From: Hemiscyllium ocellatum
Taxonomy: Eukaryota
Direction of reading: 5' to 3'
NCBI RefSeq assembly: GCF_020745735.1
Contig: NC_083409.1
Location: 17,876,341-17,940,340, forward strand
Length of the DNA: 64,000 nucleotides
The notes beneath the pieces were generated by a model that was given only the letters and a program-made list of their open reading frames with translations, was not told where the DNA came from and ran no database searches. A program made the position numbers and the translations under genes. Below are positions 46,825-59,079 of this stretch, piece by piece. The number at the start of each line of letters is the position of its first letter. Positions within the stretch are counted from its first letter, which is position 1.

Positions 46825-47325
46825 GAACACAATAATCTGATGGGAATTCCCCTGAACACCAACACATTCTTTCAGCACAGCAAGATCCCGAGCCAAGCAG
46901 TTCAGTTCGCATTTTATTGATCAATTTGACCAGCAGGATCTTACTACCCAGAATAACAATACCACAGGGTTTGCAAAGTAAATATTCCAAACAGCATTTG
47001 ATTTGTATTTGGAGAGAATGTGCAAAATCCACATAGACATTCGCCTGAGACGAGGATCGAACCCAGGTCCCTGGCACTATGAGGTAGCAGTGCTAACCAC
47101 TGAGCCACCATGTCACCCACTATACTAACTTTATCCATCCCTGATACAAAATATTCTGATCACAATTCCCCCTCCACACCATCCCATCCATCAGGGACAG
47201 CAAGATCCTGAGCCAAGCAAATCAGATCAGGGTCACTGGGGACACTCTATTGATCAATACGATCAGCAGAATCTTGGAACTCAAAATAACAATTCCACAG
47301 GGTTTGGGTAATAAATATTCCATAA
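46825..47325 (+). repeat. Diverged direct duplication (46825-46990 and 47145-47325) with a tail-less SINE between the copies
   Basis: Shared blocks AATA.TCTGAT..AATTCCCC, ACAGCAAGATCC(C/T)GAGCCAAGCA, TATTGATCAAT, AATAACAAT(A/T)CCACAGGGTTTG, TAAATATTCCA. Minus-strand SINE head at 47010-47120. Confidence 0.8.
46842..46851. promoter_or_regulatory. Palindromic NF-kB site just 3' of the polyA signal
   Basis: GGGAATTCCC matches GGGRNWYYCC fully. Function is inferred from position only. Confidence 0.4.
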
Positions 47326-49499
47326 ATTAGACCTGGGTTTTCTTTACTCTTCAAATCAGATGGAATTGCCCCTGGGGTCAGATTGAGAATGTTCAGTCTG
47401 GGAGTCATGGCTGGGGGGACAGTCAATGATAAACTGGTTCCAACTTCTGCTGTCATATTCTGTAGCCCCTGGGCCATCTCAGTGACAACCATCCAGGGCT
47501 CAGGGTGGATTCCAGAGCAGCTCATTGTCCTGACTGTTGTGTTCCTCAGTCCACACGTGGCTCCAGCAATCTCACTCCATGGTTCTTGTATCAGTGGGAA
47601 CCATGGGGCTGAAATCATATCCAAACAGAATCTCACACAGCATGGAGGCTGCTGGTGGATCAGAAACCCCTTGGATTCAGTCCCAGATTCCACTGTGGCT
47701 CTTTCATCAAGCACAGCATTAGCACACTGACACCACATTCAGAGGACAATCCTGAGATGGGGCAAGTTTGGTTCTTGATTCCAATGTGAGGAAATGGGGG
47801 CTGGGTGTGAAATGTCTAGTCTGAAACTGGTGGGGGTACTTTATAATGAAGAATAGAAACTGATTTCAGGATAAAGTCAGGTGTTGATGGGAGTGAGGAA
47901 TATCTCAGTGATCTGTCTCCAGAATCCACAGACGGTACACATCCTTCTGTCAGACACTGAAGTCTGAGAAAGCAGCTCATCGACATCCAATTTTTCTCCA
48001 ACCTTCCCAGAAAAGGTGAAATATTCTCTGTCTGAGTGATTCCCTGGGGCAGGCCATTTTAAAAAGGGCTGTGGGAAGGGAACCGTTGACTCTCAATGAC
48101 AAAGCCAATGGAAGGATGTGGAGCTGACACTGTGAAACGTAAGGGCGCAGAGGATGACAGCAAAAGCAATTCAATGTTGTCACTCTCTCCTTTGGTAATA
48201 ATTGGTTTTCCCTCATAATGTGCTCTCTTGTATTCGATCCACCTGTCTTTCTTGCTTTGCTTCTTTTGACTTGAGTCTGTGGGGACTTCCATCAAAACCC
48301 AAACTCCTCACACTCATCCTGGCCCCTGAAGAGATTGGTTAGAGAAGACTGGATTACAACAAGTGTCACAGATATTTCTTATCTTACCACATTGAATCAA
48401 ACCATTGAGCCCATTAATGTTCAAAACTGATTCCAGCATTAAAGTCACATTCGTTTGTTGTAAAAGTAACGTATTTCTCAGGCTGAAAGAAGGAAGCTTC
48501 AGACTGAGAAATGATCTAACTTTACCCAGATCCTGAGCATTGGCAAGTGGAACTAGATTGCGTTGGGATATCTGGTCAGCGTGGACGAGTTGGACTGAAG
48601 GTTCTGTCTCCGTGATGTACATCTCTATGACTGTAATAGCACAACAGAACAAAGTGATACCAATTAGCACCAGTATAAATACAGGCCAGCCTATATCCTG
48701 CAGTTGGCACTCAGTGCAGCTGGCACAGAGGGGGATGCTGGGAAGTTTGGTCAATGTGGGAGTTTGGTGAACTGACTGTCACTTCAGCTGATGGGAGCCT
48801 GCACATGCACTTGGATTGAAAATAGCAAAATAATAAACAAGGGGACAGGAGTCTGTTGGCCAGATCAGCTGGGAAGAGATTTGTGTAAGGAACCATATCA
48901 ATAGTATGTTTAGAAAACCTCCATGAGGGAAATTCAAGAAATTAAAAGCACTGAAACATTGATCCAGAGACTGAGGACAATGACTAGTTTAATGAAAGAA
49001 TTGATTTCTTTCATTTGTAAGTGGGATCAGCATTTGTTCATTAAACTGAAATGATTCAGGGTAAATACATTTGTAGTGTCTGTATAAATCTACAGCAACT
49101 CCCACTCAGGGGGTTTGGATTGGAAGCTGAGTTGTAAGAATCCTGATACATCAGGGAGGGGCAGCGATACCTGGAGACTTTGTTCCAGATGGAAGGTGTA
49201 AGCCTCAGGACTGGGCAGTCCAATTCCATGTTAGTAAGGGGCAGGAGGGTATGACCCAAGAGGGGGTCAGGTAAGGGTTTGGAGAATACAGTGGGACAGG
49301 AAAATCCCCCACTCTTCAAAACTCCAGTGAGATCAAGGCCAGCCTTTCCAATCCTTCCTCACCACACAGCCCCCTCATACCATGGATCAGTCGGATAAAA
49401 CTCCTCTGAAACACTTCCAATGGATTTATATTCTTTCTGCAATTAGGAGACCAAAAGTTCATACAAACCTTGAGATGTCCAGGAAGAACTGAAACATCA

Positions 49500-49930
49500 C
49501 ATTCTCACTTTCAGATCCCTAATCACACCTGCTCTTACTTTTCACCAGCCTTGTTACTGTCCATCTCTCATTGTCATGTACACAGTGGCGCTGAGCTGCT
49601 TTCTTGAACCGCTGCAGTCTGTGTGCTGTAGGTTGACCCACAATGTGTGGAGGAAGGGAATTCCAGGATTCTGACCCAGTAACAATGTAGGAACAGTGAT
49701 ATATTTCCATATCAGAATGCTGAATGGCTTGGAGGGGAACGTGCAAAGAGTGGTGTTCCTGTGTATCAGCTACCATGTCCTTCTTGATGGACGTGGTCAT
49801 GGGTTTGGAAGGTGCTCTCTCAGGATCTTTGCTGAACCTCTGCAATGTATCTTGTAGATAGTGCACACAGCTGTTACTGAGGGTCAGTGTGGAGGCAATG
49901 GATATATGTCGATGTGGTGCCAATCAAGCC
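49500..49930 (-). mobile_element. Second LINE family 3' portion
   Basis: GSESWNSLP..RLQRFKKAAQ; same family as 28470-29040. Confidence 0.75.
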
Positions 49931-50261
49931 AGCTGCAATTTGATAAACAAGATTTAAATAAAACAAAATAACATAAAACAGGTTAAAATTAAATAAAATC
50001 ATCAAAAACTGTGGTGTCTTTTGATAAAACATTACTGAATCCAAAACATTATTCCCTCCTCTCTCTAATGTGGCTGCACCTGTTCCCTTTCTCCAGCATC
50101 ACGCACTATTTGAGATTTGCAGTATTTTACTTTTGTATCTGTTTTAATACCATTGGTTATAAGAGAAGCATCGGCCAGCACACTGGGGAGAGTTTCCCTG
50201 AGACGGTCACAAAGCCCTTATATTCACATTGACCTGAGAGGGCAGTGGTTTAACCGATCAT

Positions 50262-50275
50262 CCAGCAGATGGCGT
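50262..50275 (+). promoter_or_regulatory. CTCF-like motif (forward)
   Basis: CCAGCAGATGGCGT, 13/14 to CCASYAGRKGGCRS. Lies inside a SINE remnant. Confidence 0.4.
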
Positions 50276-50467
50276 CTTTGCCTTTGCCAGCCTCAGGATA
50301 GTGCACCAGTGTCTGGAGTGGGGCTTGAAACCTGCAGGTTCAGGTGACGGTGTTATCACTGAACCGTCTACTCTTTCCTGGGATGTGGGTCTTGCTGGCA
50401 AGATCAGCATTTGTTCTCTATCCCTAACTGTCCTGAAACTGAGTGGCTTGCTCGGCCTTTCAAATGG

Positions 50468-50611
50468 GAGGAGAAAGTGAGGTCTGCAGATGCTGGAGAT
50501 CAGAGCTGAAAATCAGGGATTTTCTGAAGAAGGGCTTATGCCCGAAACGTCGAATCTCCTGTTCCTTGGATGCTGCCTGACCTGCTGTGCTTTTCCAGCA
50601 ACACATTTTCA
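50468..50611 (+). mobile_element. Penelope mini-module with intact hammerhead core and 14-18 bp TSD
   Basis: Inverted pLTR end 50470-50513, then CTGAAGA-A-GGGC-TTAT-GCCC-GAAAC-GTC-GAAT (50524-50555). GCTCGGCCTTTCAAATGG at 50450-67 and 50612-29. Confidence 0.85.
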
Positions 50612-51471
50612 GCTCGGCCTTTCAAATGGCAGGTAAGGGTCAACCACATTGCTGGAGTCCTAGCAGAGTCAGACAGCTACAACAGGTCTACAAGAACAAG
50701 GCCATTCGGCCCAATGAGCCAAAGCCAGCCAAAACAACCACCTCACTATTCTAATTCCATGTTCCAGCACTTGGCCCGTAGCCCTGTGTACCTTGGCATC
50801 ACAGCTGCACATCAAAATGCTTCAATGTTATGGGAGAGCTTCTGCCTCAACTACCCTTACAGAAAGCAAGTTACAAATGACCACCACCTTCTGCATGAAA
50901 GCGTGTTTCCTCACATTCCCTCTTAATCTTCTGCCATTTCACTCAAATCTCTGCCCCCAGTCATTGATCATGAAATAACTCCACATCATCAAGTCACCCT
51001 TTATTTACACATCAACCATCCTTGACTGTAATGTCTCATATAGAGTTAGGCACCAGAGGCACAGGGTCCCTAACACTCAACCTGTTTGATGTCAGTAAGT
51101 CATCTCCCTCTTATATCCTTGCAAGGATTTGAGATTTTCTTGTGAAACTCCTTTGGGACTTTTTAATGACACAGAGTCTTCCACACACTCCCATCTCTCT
51201 TGATGCTCACCCTTGTCTGGTTAATTCTTCCCATTTCCTTCTCTTCTTTCAGTTCATTCCATTTCAGTAAAGCCTGTGATATTTCCACGGAGGATGTGTA
51301 CTTGAAACCGCCAGAGAGAAGCTCCTGTGAAGAAGCACTACAATAGAAGGAAGGCTGATATTTGCAGGAAGCCTGGACTGTGCCCTTGCGAACCTTTTCC
51401 AAACATTTCCATGTGATCTGTCAGCTTCCTTCAACTCTTCCCATTTCCTCCAAATCCAGTGGGTGGCCATG

Positions 51472-52195
51472 GGTCCCAGCTATGTCTGCTTGTTGTCGGC
51501 TACATCAAACAACACCTCACCAGGACATGCACAGGCACTGTTCCCCAAATCTTCCGCCATTACATCAGTGACTGCATCAGTACTGCATCCTGCACTCAGG
51601 CTGAACTGGAGCTGTTCATCAACTTTGCTAACAACTTCCAACCTGCCCTCAAATTCACACCCGGACCAACCAACCCAACCACCCCGTGGCTCAACACTTT
51701 AACTCTCCCTCCCACTCCACCAAGGACATGCAGGTCCTTGGACTCCTCCATCGGCAGAACATAACAACATGACGGTTGGAGGAAGAGCGCCTCATCTTCC
51801 GCCTGGGAACCCTCCAACCACAAGGGATGAACTCAGATTTCTCCAGTTTCCTCATTTCCCCTCCCCCCACCTTGTCTCAATCGATTACCTCAAACTCAGC
51901 ACCGCCCTCCTAAACTCTAATTTTCTTCCTGACCTCTCCACCCCCACCTCCACTCCGGCCTATCACCCTCACCTTGACCTCCTTCCACCTATCACATCTC
52001 CATCACCCCTCCCCCAAGTCCCTCCTCCCTACCTTTTATCTTAGCCTGCTGGACACACTTTCCTCATTCCTGATGAAGGGCTTGTGCCCGAAACGTTGAA
52101 TTTCCTGTTCCTTGGATGCTGCCTGACCTGCTGCGCTTTAACCAGCAACACATTTTCAGCCCTGCTCTCCAGCATCTGCAGACCTCACTTTTTAC
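51472..52195 (+). mobile_element. Internally deleted Penelope-like element (RT piece, GIY-YIG end, pseudo-LTR)
   Basis: MGPSYVCL RT motif joined to the NHPVA..LIFRLG..GMNSDF region, then a pLTR containing the hammerhead. Confidence 0.85.
52066..52101 (+). ncRNA. Minimal type-I hammerhead ribozyme (intact core)
   Basis: Stem I ATTC/GAAT, CTGATGA, stem II GGGC-TTGT-GCCC, GAAAC, triplet GTT. The loop-less palindromic stem III is the known PLE minimal form. Activity is untested. Confidence 0.75.
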
Positions 52196-52199
52196 TCTT

Positions 52200-53490
52200 A
52201 AATTCACGTAGTCTATCTTGGACAAATCCTTCTCCTTTCTTGACCGCCCCATTTCCATCTCCGGTGACAGTCTAGGAACAGACATTTACTGTAAACCCAC
52301 AGACTCACACAACTACCTGGACAACACCTTCTCCCAACCAGTATCCTGAAAGAACACCGTCCCGTTTTCCCAATTCTTCCATCTCCATCACATCTGCTCG
52401 AACAAGGAGACGCTCCCCTCCTAAGTGTCCAGATGTCCACCTATTTTTAATCATGTACTTTTCCCAGCTCTGCCATCCAGAAAGCCCTCCACCGCACCTC
52501 CTCCATTCTCTGCTCTCCAAATCTAAACACCCCCCTCCAAAATTCAATAAAGACAGGATCCCCCTTGTCTTCAACTTACACCCCACCAATCTCCACATCC
52601 AACATATCAGCCTCAAAAAATTCTGCCAACTCCAGCTCGACCCCACCACCATGAACATCTTACCCTCCCCACCCCTCTCTGCCTTCCACAAGGACTGTTC
52701 CCTTTGACAATCCTTGGTTTTCACCACACTTCACACCTACCCCCTCCTCCCCCAACAAAACCCTGGTACCTTCCCCTGCAACCGTAAAAGATGCAAAACC
52801 TGCCGACAAACCACCCCTGTCATTTCCATCCAGGGCCCCAGTCCTTCCAGGTCAGACAGTGGTTCACCTGCCTCTCCTCCAACCTAGTTTATTGTATCCG
52901 GTGCACCCGTTGTGGTCTTCTCTGCATCGGTGAGACCAAACATAAATTAAGGACATGTTTTGCTGAGTATCTCAGCCAGGCTCACAAAGGCTGACCTGGC
53001 CTCCCAGTCACTGCCTATTTCAATTCCCCTTCCTATTCCCTCTCAGACATGACCATCCCCTGCTTCCTCCATTGCCAAAAGCAATCAGACTGCAAATTGG
53101 AGGAACAAATAATCATCTTTTGCCTGGGAAGCTTACAACCCAGAGGAATCAACATTGAATTCTCTAGTTTCAAAAAGCCTCCCTTTCCCAACTTTCGACT
53201 CTCTTTCCAGTCCCCCTCCTCCATTCTATTCCACTTACAGACCCTCCCTTTCAGCCACCAAATGAATTCATTCCTCCCATCAACCAACCACTTCAAACCC
53301 TCTACCTGTGTTCATCCATTAATGCCTACCACTCCACCATTACCCCCACCCGCCCAAACAACTGATCCCACCTTGATTTGCAGCTCCCCTTACCCCCACC
53401 TGCAGTTCTGAAGAAGGATTATACCCGAAATGTTGACTGCTCCACCTCCAGATTCTGCCTGACTTGCTGTGTTCTTCCAGCCTCCTGTAA
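52200..53490 (+). mobile_element. Penelope-like element, second family (RT thumb, GIY-YIG, pLTR with degenerate hammerhead)
   Basis: DIYCKPTDSHNYLD; FTCLSSNLVYCIRCTRCGLLCIGETK (GIY-YIG); CTGAAGAAGGATTATACCCGAAATGTTGAC at 53408. Confidence 0.85.
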
Positions 53491-53639
53491 GCTTCCATCC
53501 CAGCCTGGTAACCATCTCGGACACTGGAAGGAAATGCCCAGGGAGCAGGTTAACGTGGTGCAAAAAGCCTTTCAGCTGAAGCTTCAGTGTTTGCCTTCAG
53601 TGTGGATTTTCAGTTACTGATTTGCTCCCCTGTTATGTG

Positions 53640-54050
53640 ACAGGAAGAAAGAACACTTGTTGGTGCAGTGTTTTTTTTAATTCTCCCAGGATATTTAAAG
53701 CTGCCTGCACAGTGCAATCACCTTCACAAGACAAAATGCTGAGATCCCAAAATCAGCAAACGAATGATGAGACAAATCTTTTTGGTGGCATTAGTTGAAT
53801 ATTGAGCAGATAGCTGAGGGAATCTCTTCAGAATGGGACTTGTCGAGCCCCCTGAGGTGGAGGGATTGGGGTCTGGGTGGTGCTGGTGGGGCTTTAAATG
53901 AACATCCCATACATAACATTGTGCCAGAGTTCACTGCAGTCTCAACCTGGATTCTGTGTTCTCATTTCTGAGGTGGCTTTCAATGCAATGACCATTTGAC
54001 TCTGAAGCAGGAGCATTGCCCATGGAGTCACCGTCAGTAACAATGTAAAC
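53640..54050 (-). mobile_element. Near-complete Deu-type SINE
   Basis: tRNA-like head at about 54030 on the minus strand; body and L2-like tail toward 53640. Confidence 0.55.
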
Positions 54051-55599
54051 TGTGTAGCTCTGAAAGCCTAAGTCTGTATTTCAGCTTAGAAGGATATCAT
54101 CTCATTCATCAAATCTGTTTCTGCCCCTCTGCAGGCTGACCAGGATGCTGGTGCCTTTCCAATACTTCCAGGATTTCCCATGTGTCACAGCTCATTCTCC
54201 TGAGGGATAGTTTACTCGGTGTCAAAAAGTGTGGCGCTGGAAAAGCACAGCAGGTCAGGCAGTTGTGCTCAGGCCGAGGACATGACCTTGTCCCTCTGTC
54301 AGACCCTCTTCGAGAAACCCATGGCTCACCACCGCCCTCTCCAGGACAGTTAGGGAAGGGCAACAGCAAGGATAGAGATGGGGACGCACAGATGCAAGTG
54401 CTGTACTCTGCAGTTTGGTGACCCACTTTGATAGCTGTTTGTTCGATCTTTGAGAGTAATTAATTTTTTGCTGATCCTAGTGTCAATCCAAAGGACACTT
54501 CACCTTTCAGTCTGACAAACCAGGGTCACCCATGTCATGGCTCTGTTTCTGGCTGAGAGTCCAGTCTTTCAAAGAGATGAATTCAAGCCTCACCAGTTTG
54601 ATCATTTTAATTTTACATCATTTCTCCTGATTTCTCCTGGGATGGGGCGGGCGTTGACGTGTTGGTTATTGGTTGCCTTTCCCTAATTGTCCTGGAGAGG
54701 CCGGTGGTGAGCCATGTAATATCCGGAAAGGAAGGCGCTGGAATCTGTCCAAAATAGACAGGAAATTCAATGTGATGTTCACAAATGTTCTTTCGGCGAG
54801 GGTGCCTGGTCTGTGACTCCTGCCCCACTGTGACATGATCCATTTTTAATGACCCCATGATCTGGCTCAGCAAAGAACTTAGTCCAAGCAACTGGGGGTG
54901 GGCAATAATTATGAAGCTCACCAATGATGAAGCAGAAATAATAATGAGAAGGAATAATGCAGCTCCTTGCTCTCTGCCTTTTAGCCTCAGAGCCAGCACA
55001 CTCTCACCGTTCTGGGTTTCTAATCCTGTAACATTAATTCATTAAAGTGTGGGAATATATGAAGAGGGTTTATTTTGAATTATAAGGCTTCTTTTCTCCG
55101 TGACTCTCTCCTTTTCAATCCCCTACAATCCTGTCACCAGATACTTGTGCTGACAGCCTTGTTGTGCAGAGTGAAAGCTCTCGGTGTTCTCTGAGGCCTC
55201 ACTGCCTTGTGTCTGTCTCCACTGCAACATAAGGCAAATGACGTGTTTCTAAAACACTGTTGAACTTAAAAGCCAGCAAAGAAAATGACTGCAACAAGAG
55301 TTGAGTTGGTCTTGTTCAAGAAAATAGTTTTCATTTTAAAATTACATTTCTGTCAGTGAGTGACAAAGGAAAGATGTGGGTCCAGGATTGCTGCAGCCTC
55401 TGTCAGAACATAGGGCCCAGGAGCAGGAGCAGGCCTTTTGGGAGCTGCTGTGCCAATGAAGAAGATCACTGCTCATCTGGGTGTGGTCTCACCTGTACTT
55501 TCTGCTTCCCCACCCCCTCCCATTATCCTTAATTGCCTTGTTCATCAAAAAATCTGTCGACTGCAACTTGTGCCAACTCCATGAGTGAACCTCCATTCC

Positions 55600-55920
55600 C
55601 ATGTAGAGAAGAGAATTCCACAGACTATCAATCCTCAGCGAGAAAACCCCTCCTTCCTTTTCATGGGAGCCTATTTTGTGCTAAACTGGCTCTCCAGTTC
55701 TCGTCTGCCCGATAACAGGAACCACCCTCTCAGTATCCAGCCTGTGATGTCACCTGCAGATCAGAAACTGTTAATGAGAGAGAACAGGTTACATCAGTGA
55801 GACGTTTCCCCAGAGATGATGAACAATGTTGATGTAAATTGCTTTCTCCAGTGCCAGAGTCCAGAACAAGAGGGTTGTTAAATTTGTAATTCAGACAATT
55901 TCAGGAAAAATTACTTCCGA
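55600..55920 (+). mobile_element. CR1-type 3' fragment, inverted partner of 61480-61780
   Basis: ACCCTCTCAGTATCCAGCCTGTGATGTCACCT.CAGATCAGAAACTGTT.ATGAGAGAGAACAGGTT is shared in reverse complement. Confidence 0.7.
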
Positions 55921-56411
55921 CAGAGTGATGGAAATCTGGAACCCTCAATCCAAAATAAAAAGCTGTTGAGGTTGGGTTTCAATATCCATTTTCTCAGGGC
56001 AATACGGTTTACAGGACAAAGGGAGAATGTATTCCAGGTCAGCCATGGCCTGATTAACTGGGGAACTAGGTCAAAGCAACTGATTGGTCATTCCCACTGG
56101 AATCCACTGGAATGACTACTGGTGTGTTTGCAGCTAATGGAAGGAGTCATTACCCATAGTCTTCAGTAGCTGTGGAAGTCCTCCATAGTAACTAGAAAGC
56201 AGCTGTTTCACTGTGCCTGAACAATACAACGTCAGAGGACACACTACACCAGGTTCTAGCCCAAATGATTAATTTGAAATCACAACCTTCTGAAGCGCTG
56301 CTCCTTTATCAGGTGTACCCAGTTCAGCATCGGCATCCCCACATCACTGAACAGTCTCAATAAACTGGGGCTGTGTGAGGATCTAACCGGCTCAATCTGT
56401 ACAAATGAGGG

Positions 56412-56444
<33 letters not shown>

Positions 56445-56939
56445 TTGAACCAGGATACCTAATTGCACCACAATAAAAATGGTCTGCGTGCTATGATATA
56501 TCAAAAAGACGAACTTTGGTATAACTTTTGATTGTCCTCACAGTGTGCTGTTTTATTCATGATGTGATACACGGAGACTATGTCAGCGTTGGGTGGCAAA
56601 AAGTATATTTTCTCCACTAAAACCTTTCCAAAACTCTCCTTCAATCTTGCTTTAATCCTTATTGACTCTTCTACAATTGCCTCTATTTCCTCACTCCTTT
56701 CCGGTCCCAAAGGAACATATGGACAGACTTCATGACCCCACTCTGTCTTAAATTTCATGTGTAGTGTGTTGGAGCTTCGGCCCCTCCCTCAGGCCCAGGT
56801 GTAGGGGCCTGTTCAACAATCTGCACATTGTCCTTTGTCTCTTTCTGAATGAACTGGATCAAGTTGCAGTAATGATCTGGCAACAAGGTGTCTTGACTAA
56901 AATGTTCCCAGCACTGGGTACAGAACTGGCTGTGTCAGA

Positions 56940-57990
56940 GGAGACAGAGGGCAGTGATGGAAGGATGGATTTCAGAATGGAGGGCTGTGTCTTGTGGGGT
57001 TTCACAGGGATCAATGATGGGACCTTTGCTGTTCATGGTCTCCATCAGTGATTTGGACGAAAACATGGCTAGTCTAATTGATGAGTTTGTGGATGCCACA
57101 AAGATTGCTGGAATCGCAGTTAATGATCAGATTATTAGAGGATACAGCAAGACATAGATCAATTGGATGCATGGATAGAAAATGGCAGATGAAGTTTAGT
57201 CCAGATAAATGTGAAATTATGCATTTTGAAAGATGAAACACGTGGCAGGATACCTGCACAGTGAATGGCAGAATCCATTGGAGTATTGATGTGCAGAGGG
57301 ATCTGGATGTACATGTTCACAGATCACTGATTGTGGCAGCACCTAAGGTAGTAAAAAAGGCCAATGGCACACTTGGCTACATTGGGAGGAGCACTGAGAA
57401 TTAGGATAGACAAGTTATACTGCAGCTTTACTGAACTTTAGTTTGGCCACACTTGGAATATTTGCGTAGAGTTCTGGTCACCACATGAGGAGAAGGATAT
57501 GGATGTTTTGGAGAGGGTACAGAACATTTTTACCAAGAATGCTGTCTGATATGGAGGGTTTTAGTGATGAAGGAAGGTTGGATAGACTGGATTTGTTTTC
57601 ATTGGAATCAGGGGGTTGAAGGGCAACCTAATAGAAATTGATGAAGTTGTGAATAGCATGGAGAGAGTGGGAAATATGAGGGTTTTTCCCAGGGTAGAGG
57701 GGTCAGTTACTAGGGGACACAGGTTCAAGGTGGGGGGGGGGGATTTAAAACAGATGTGTGAGCTAAATAGTTCACACAAACGGTGGTGAGGGACTGGAAC
57801 ACACAGCCAATGGAGGTGGTGGAAGCAGACACAATAGCAGCTTTCAAGAGATACCTGGATGAATACATGGATAGGAAGGGAATAGAGGGATATGAATCCT
57901 GTAGGTGAATACAGTTTCAGTGAAGAAGGGCAAAATGTGTCAGCACAGGCCGGGAGGGCCAAAGGGCCTGTTCCTGTGCTGTATTGTTCC
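56940..57990 (+). mobile_element. CR1 LINE 3' portion
   Basis: GVSQGSMMGPLLF, HLEY motif, CR1 tail at about 57985. Confidence 0.88.
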
Positions 57991-59079
57991 TTGTTCTTTG
58001 ATCCCTGCTGTTGAATTGGATTCTCGGGAGCCAGCTCCGTATGAAGAGCCTGTTCTCATTCTTTTGTTGGAGTTCATGGGGCAGCTGCTGCTTCCTTGCT
58101 ACGTCACTGATCAAACCAACAACGCGGGAAGACTCATGATGGAGTGGGTGGTTGTTTGAATTCTCACTTGTGTTAATACAGTTTTAAATGTGTCAGTGTA
58201 CTTTCCCCTCTCCCTGTGGAGAGGGTCACTGCCAGTGTCCCCACCCCACCTTTTCACTCTTATAGTGATAGCATTTTTAGCATTCCTTCTGTCGGAAAAT
58301 GCTGTCATTCACACATCCCCCGCCCCAACCCACACCCCCAACCACTCAAGCTCTCGGGCACTGGGTGGGGGTGAATGGAATTTTAACCTTTATTGCTGCA
58401 GGTCGGAATTTAAAAATAGAGAAACCTTGTACCAATTCTAATGGGTGTGAATGAGCCTGCACGTGCAGTGCTGTGTGCAGTTTTGGTCCCTGTATTTAAG
58501 AAAGGATGGACTGGCATTGGAAGCATCCTCCTGCTCCAATTTCTCACAGCCGAACTGGTTTGGAGCCTGCTTGCAGTAGCAGCCTCCAGCCTCTGGGTGG
58601 TGCCTTGCCCAGCTTCCCAATTCCTCTCCCCAGTCTCCTGCTGCAGCAGGTGGGAGAGGCGATATAATGGACCACTCGGTTATCCTCAATCCCTCCCCCA
58701 TCTCCCAAACTCTCCAACCGAGCCTTCCCCCTTATGATTGGAGCTGTGCCTTCAGTCACCCAGCCCTCAGCATGGGGATTTCCTCCACAAACCCCTCTCT
58801 CTTCTTAGAATGAGCTTTTTGTCTCCTTTTGGTCACCATCACAAACACCGTATGTCCCCACCTTTTGAATAGTTACTATATTAAAGATGCTATATGAATA
58901 CAAGTTGTTGTTGTTGATATTACTGACCAGGAGATATTTATTGACAGGTTTCACCGATATAAGAGGAAAGGGAATGACCATGGCTGTAGAGAGGTAATCA
59001 TTTTCAGCCAACTGTACCACTAACACCAGCTCATCAAACGTCCTTAAAATAGTTCTTTCCAAACCCATGACTGCTTCAG

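Noticed and set aside
47247-47738. Overlapping 163-aa and 115-aa ORFs downstream of C
   Set aside because: No ATG-supported start that I can verify, no recognisable domain and no Ig motifs. They are likely chance frames.
53708-53739. CACAGTG ... ACAAAATGC as a kappa-deleting-element-like RSS
   Set aside because: The spacer is 16 nt (neither 12 nor 23), the nonamer is 7/9, and it lies within a SINE remnant.
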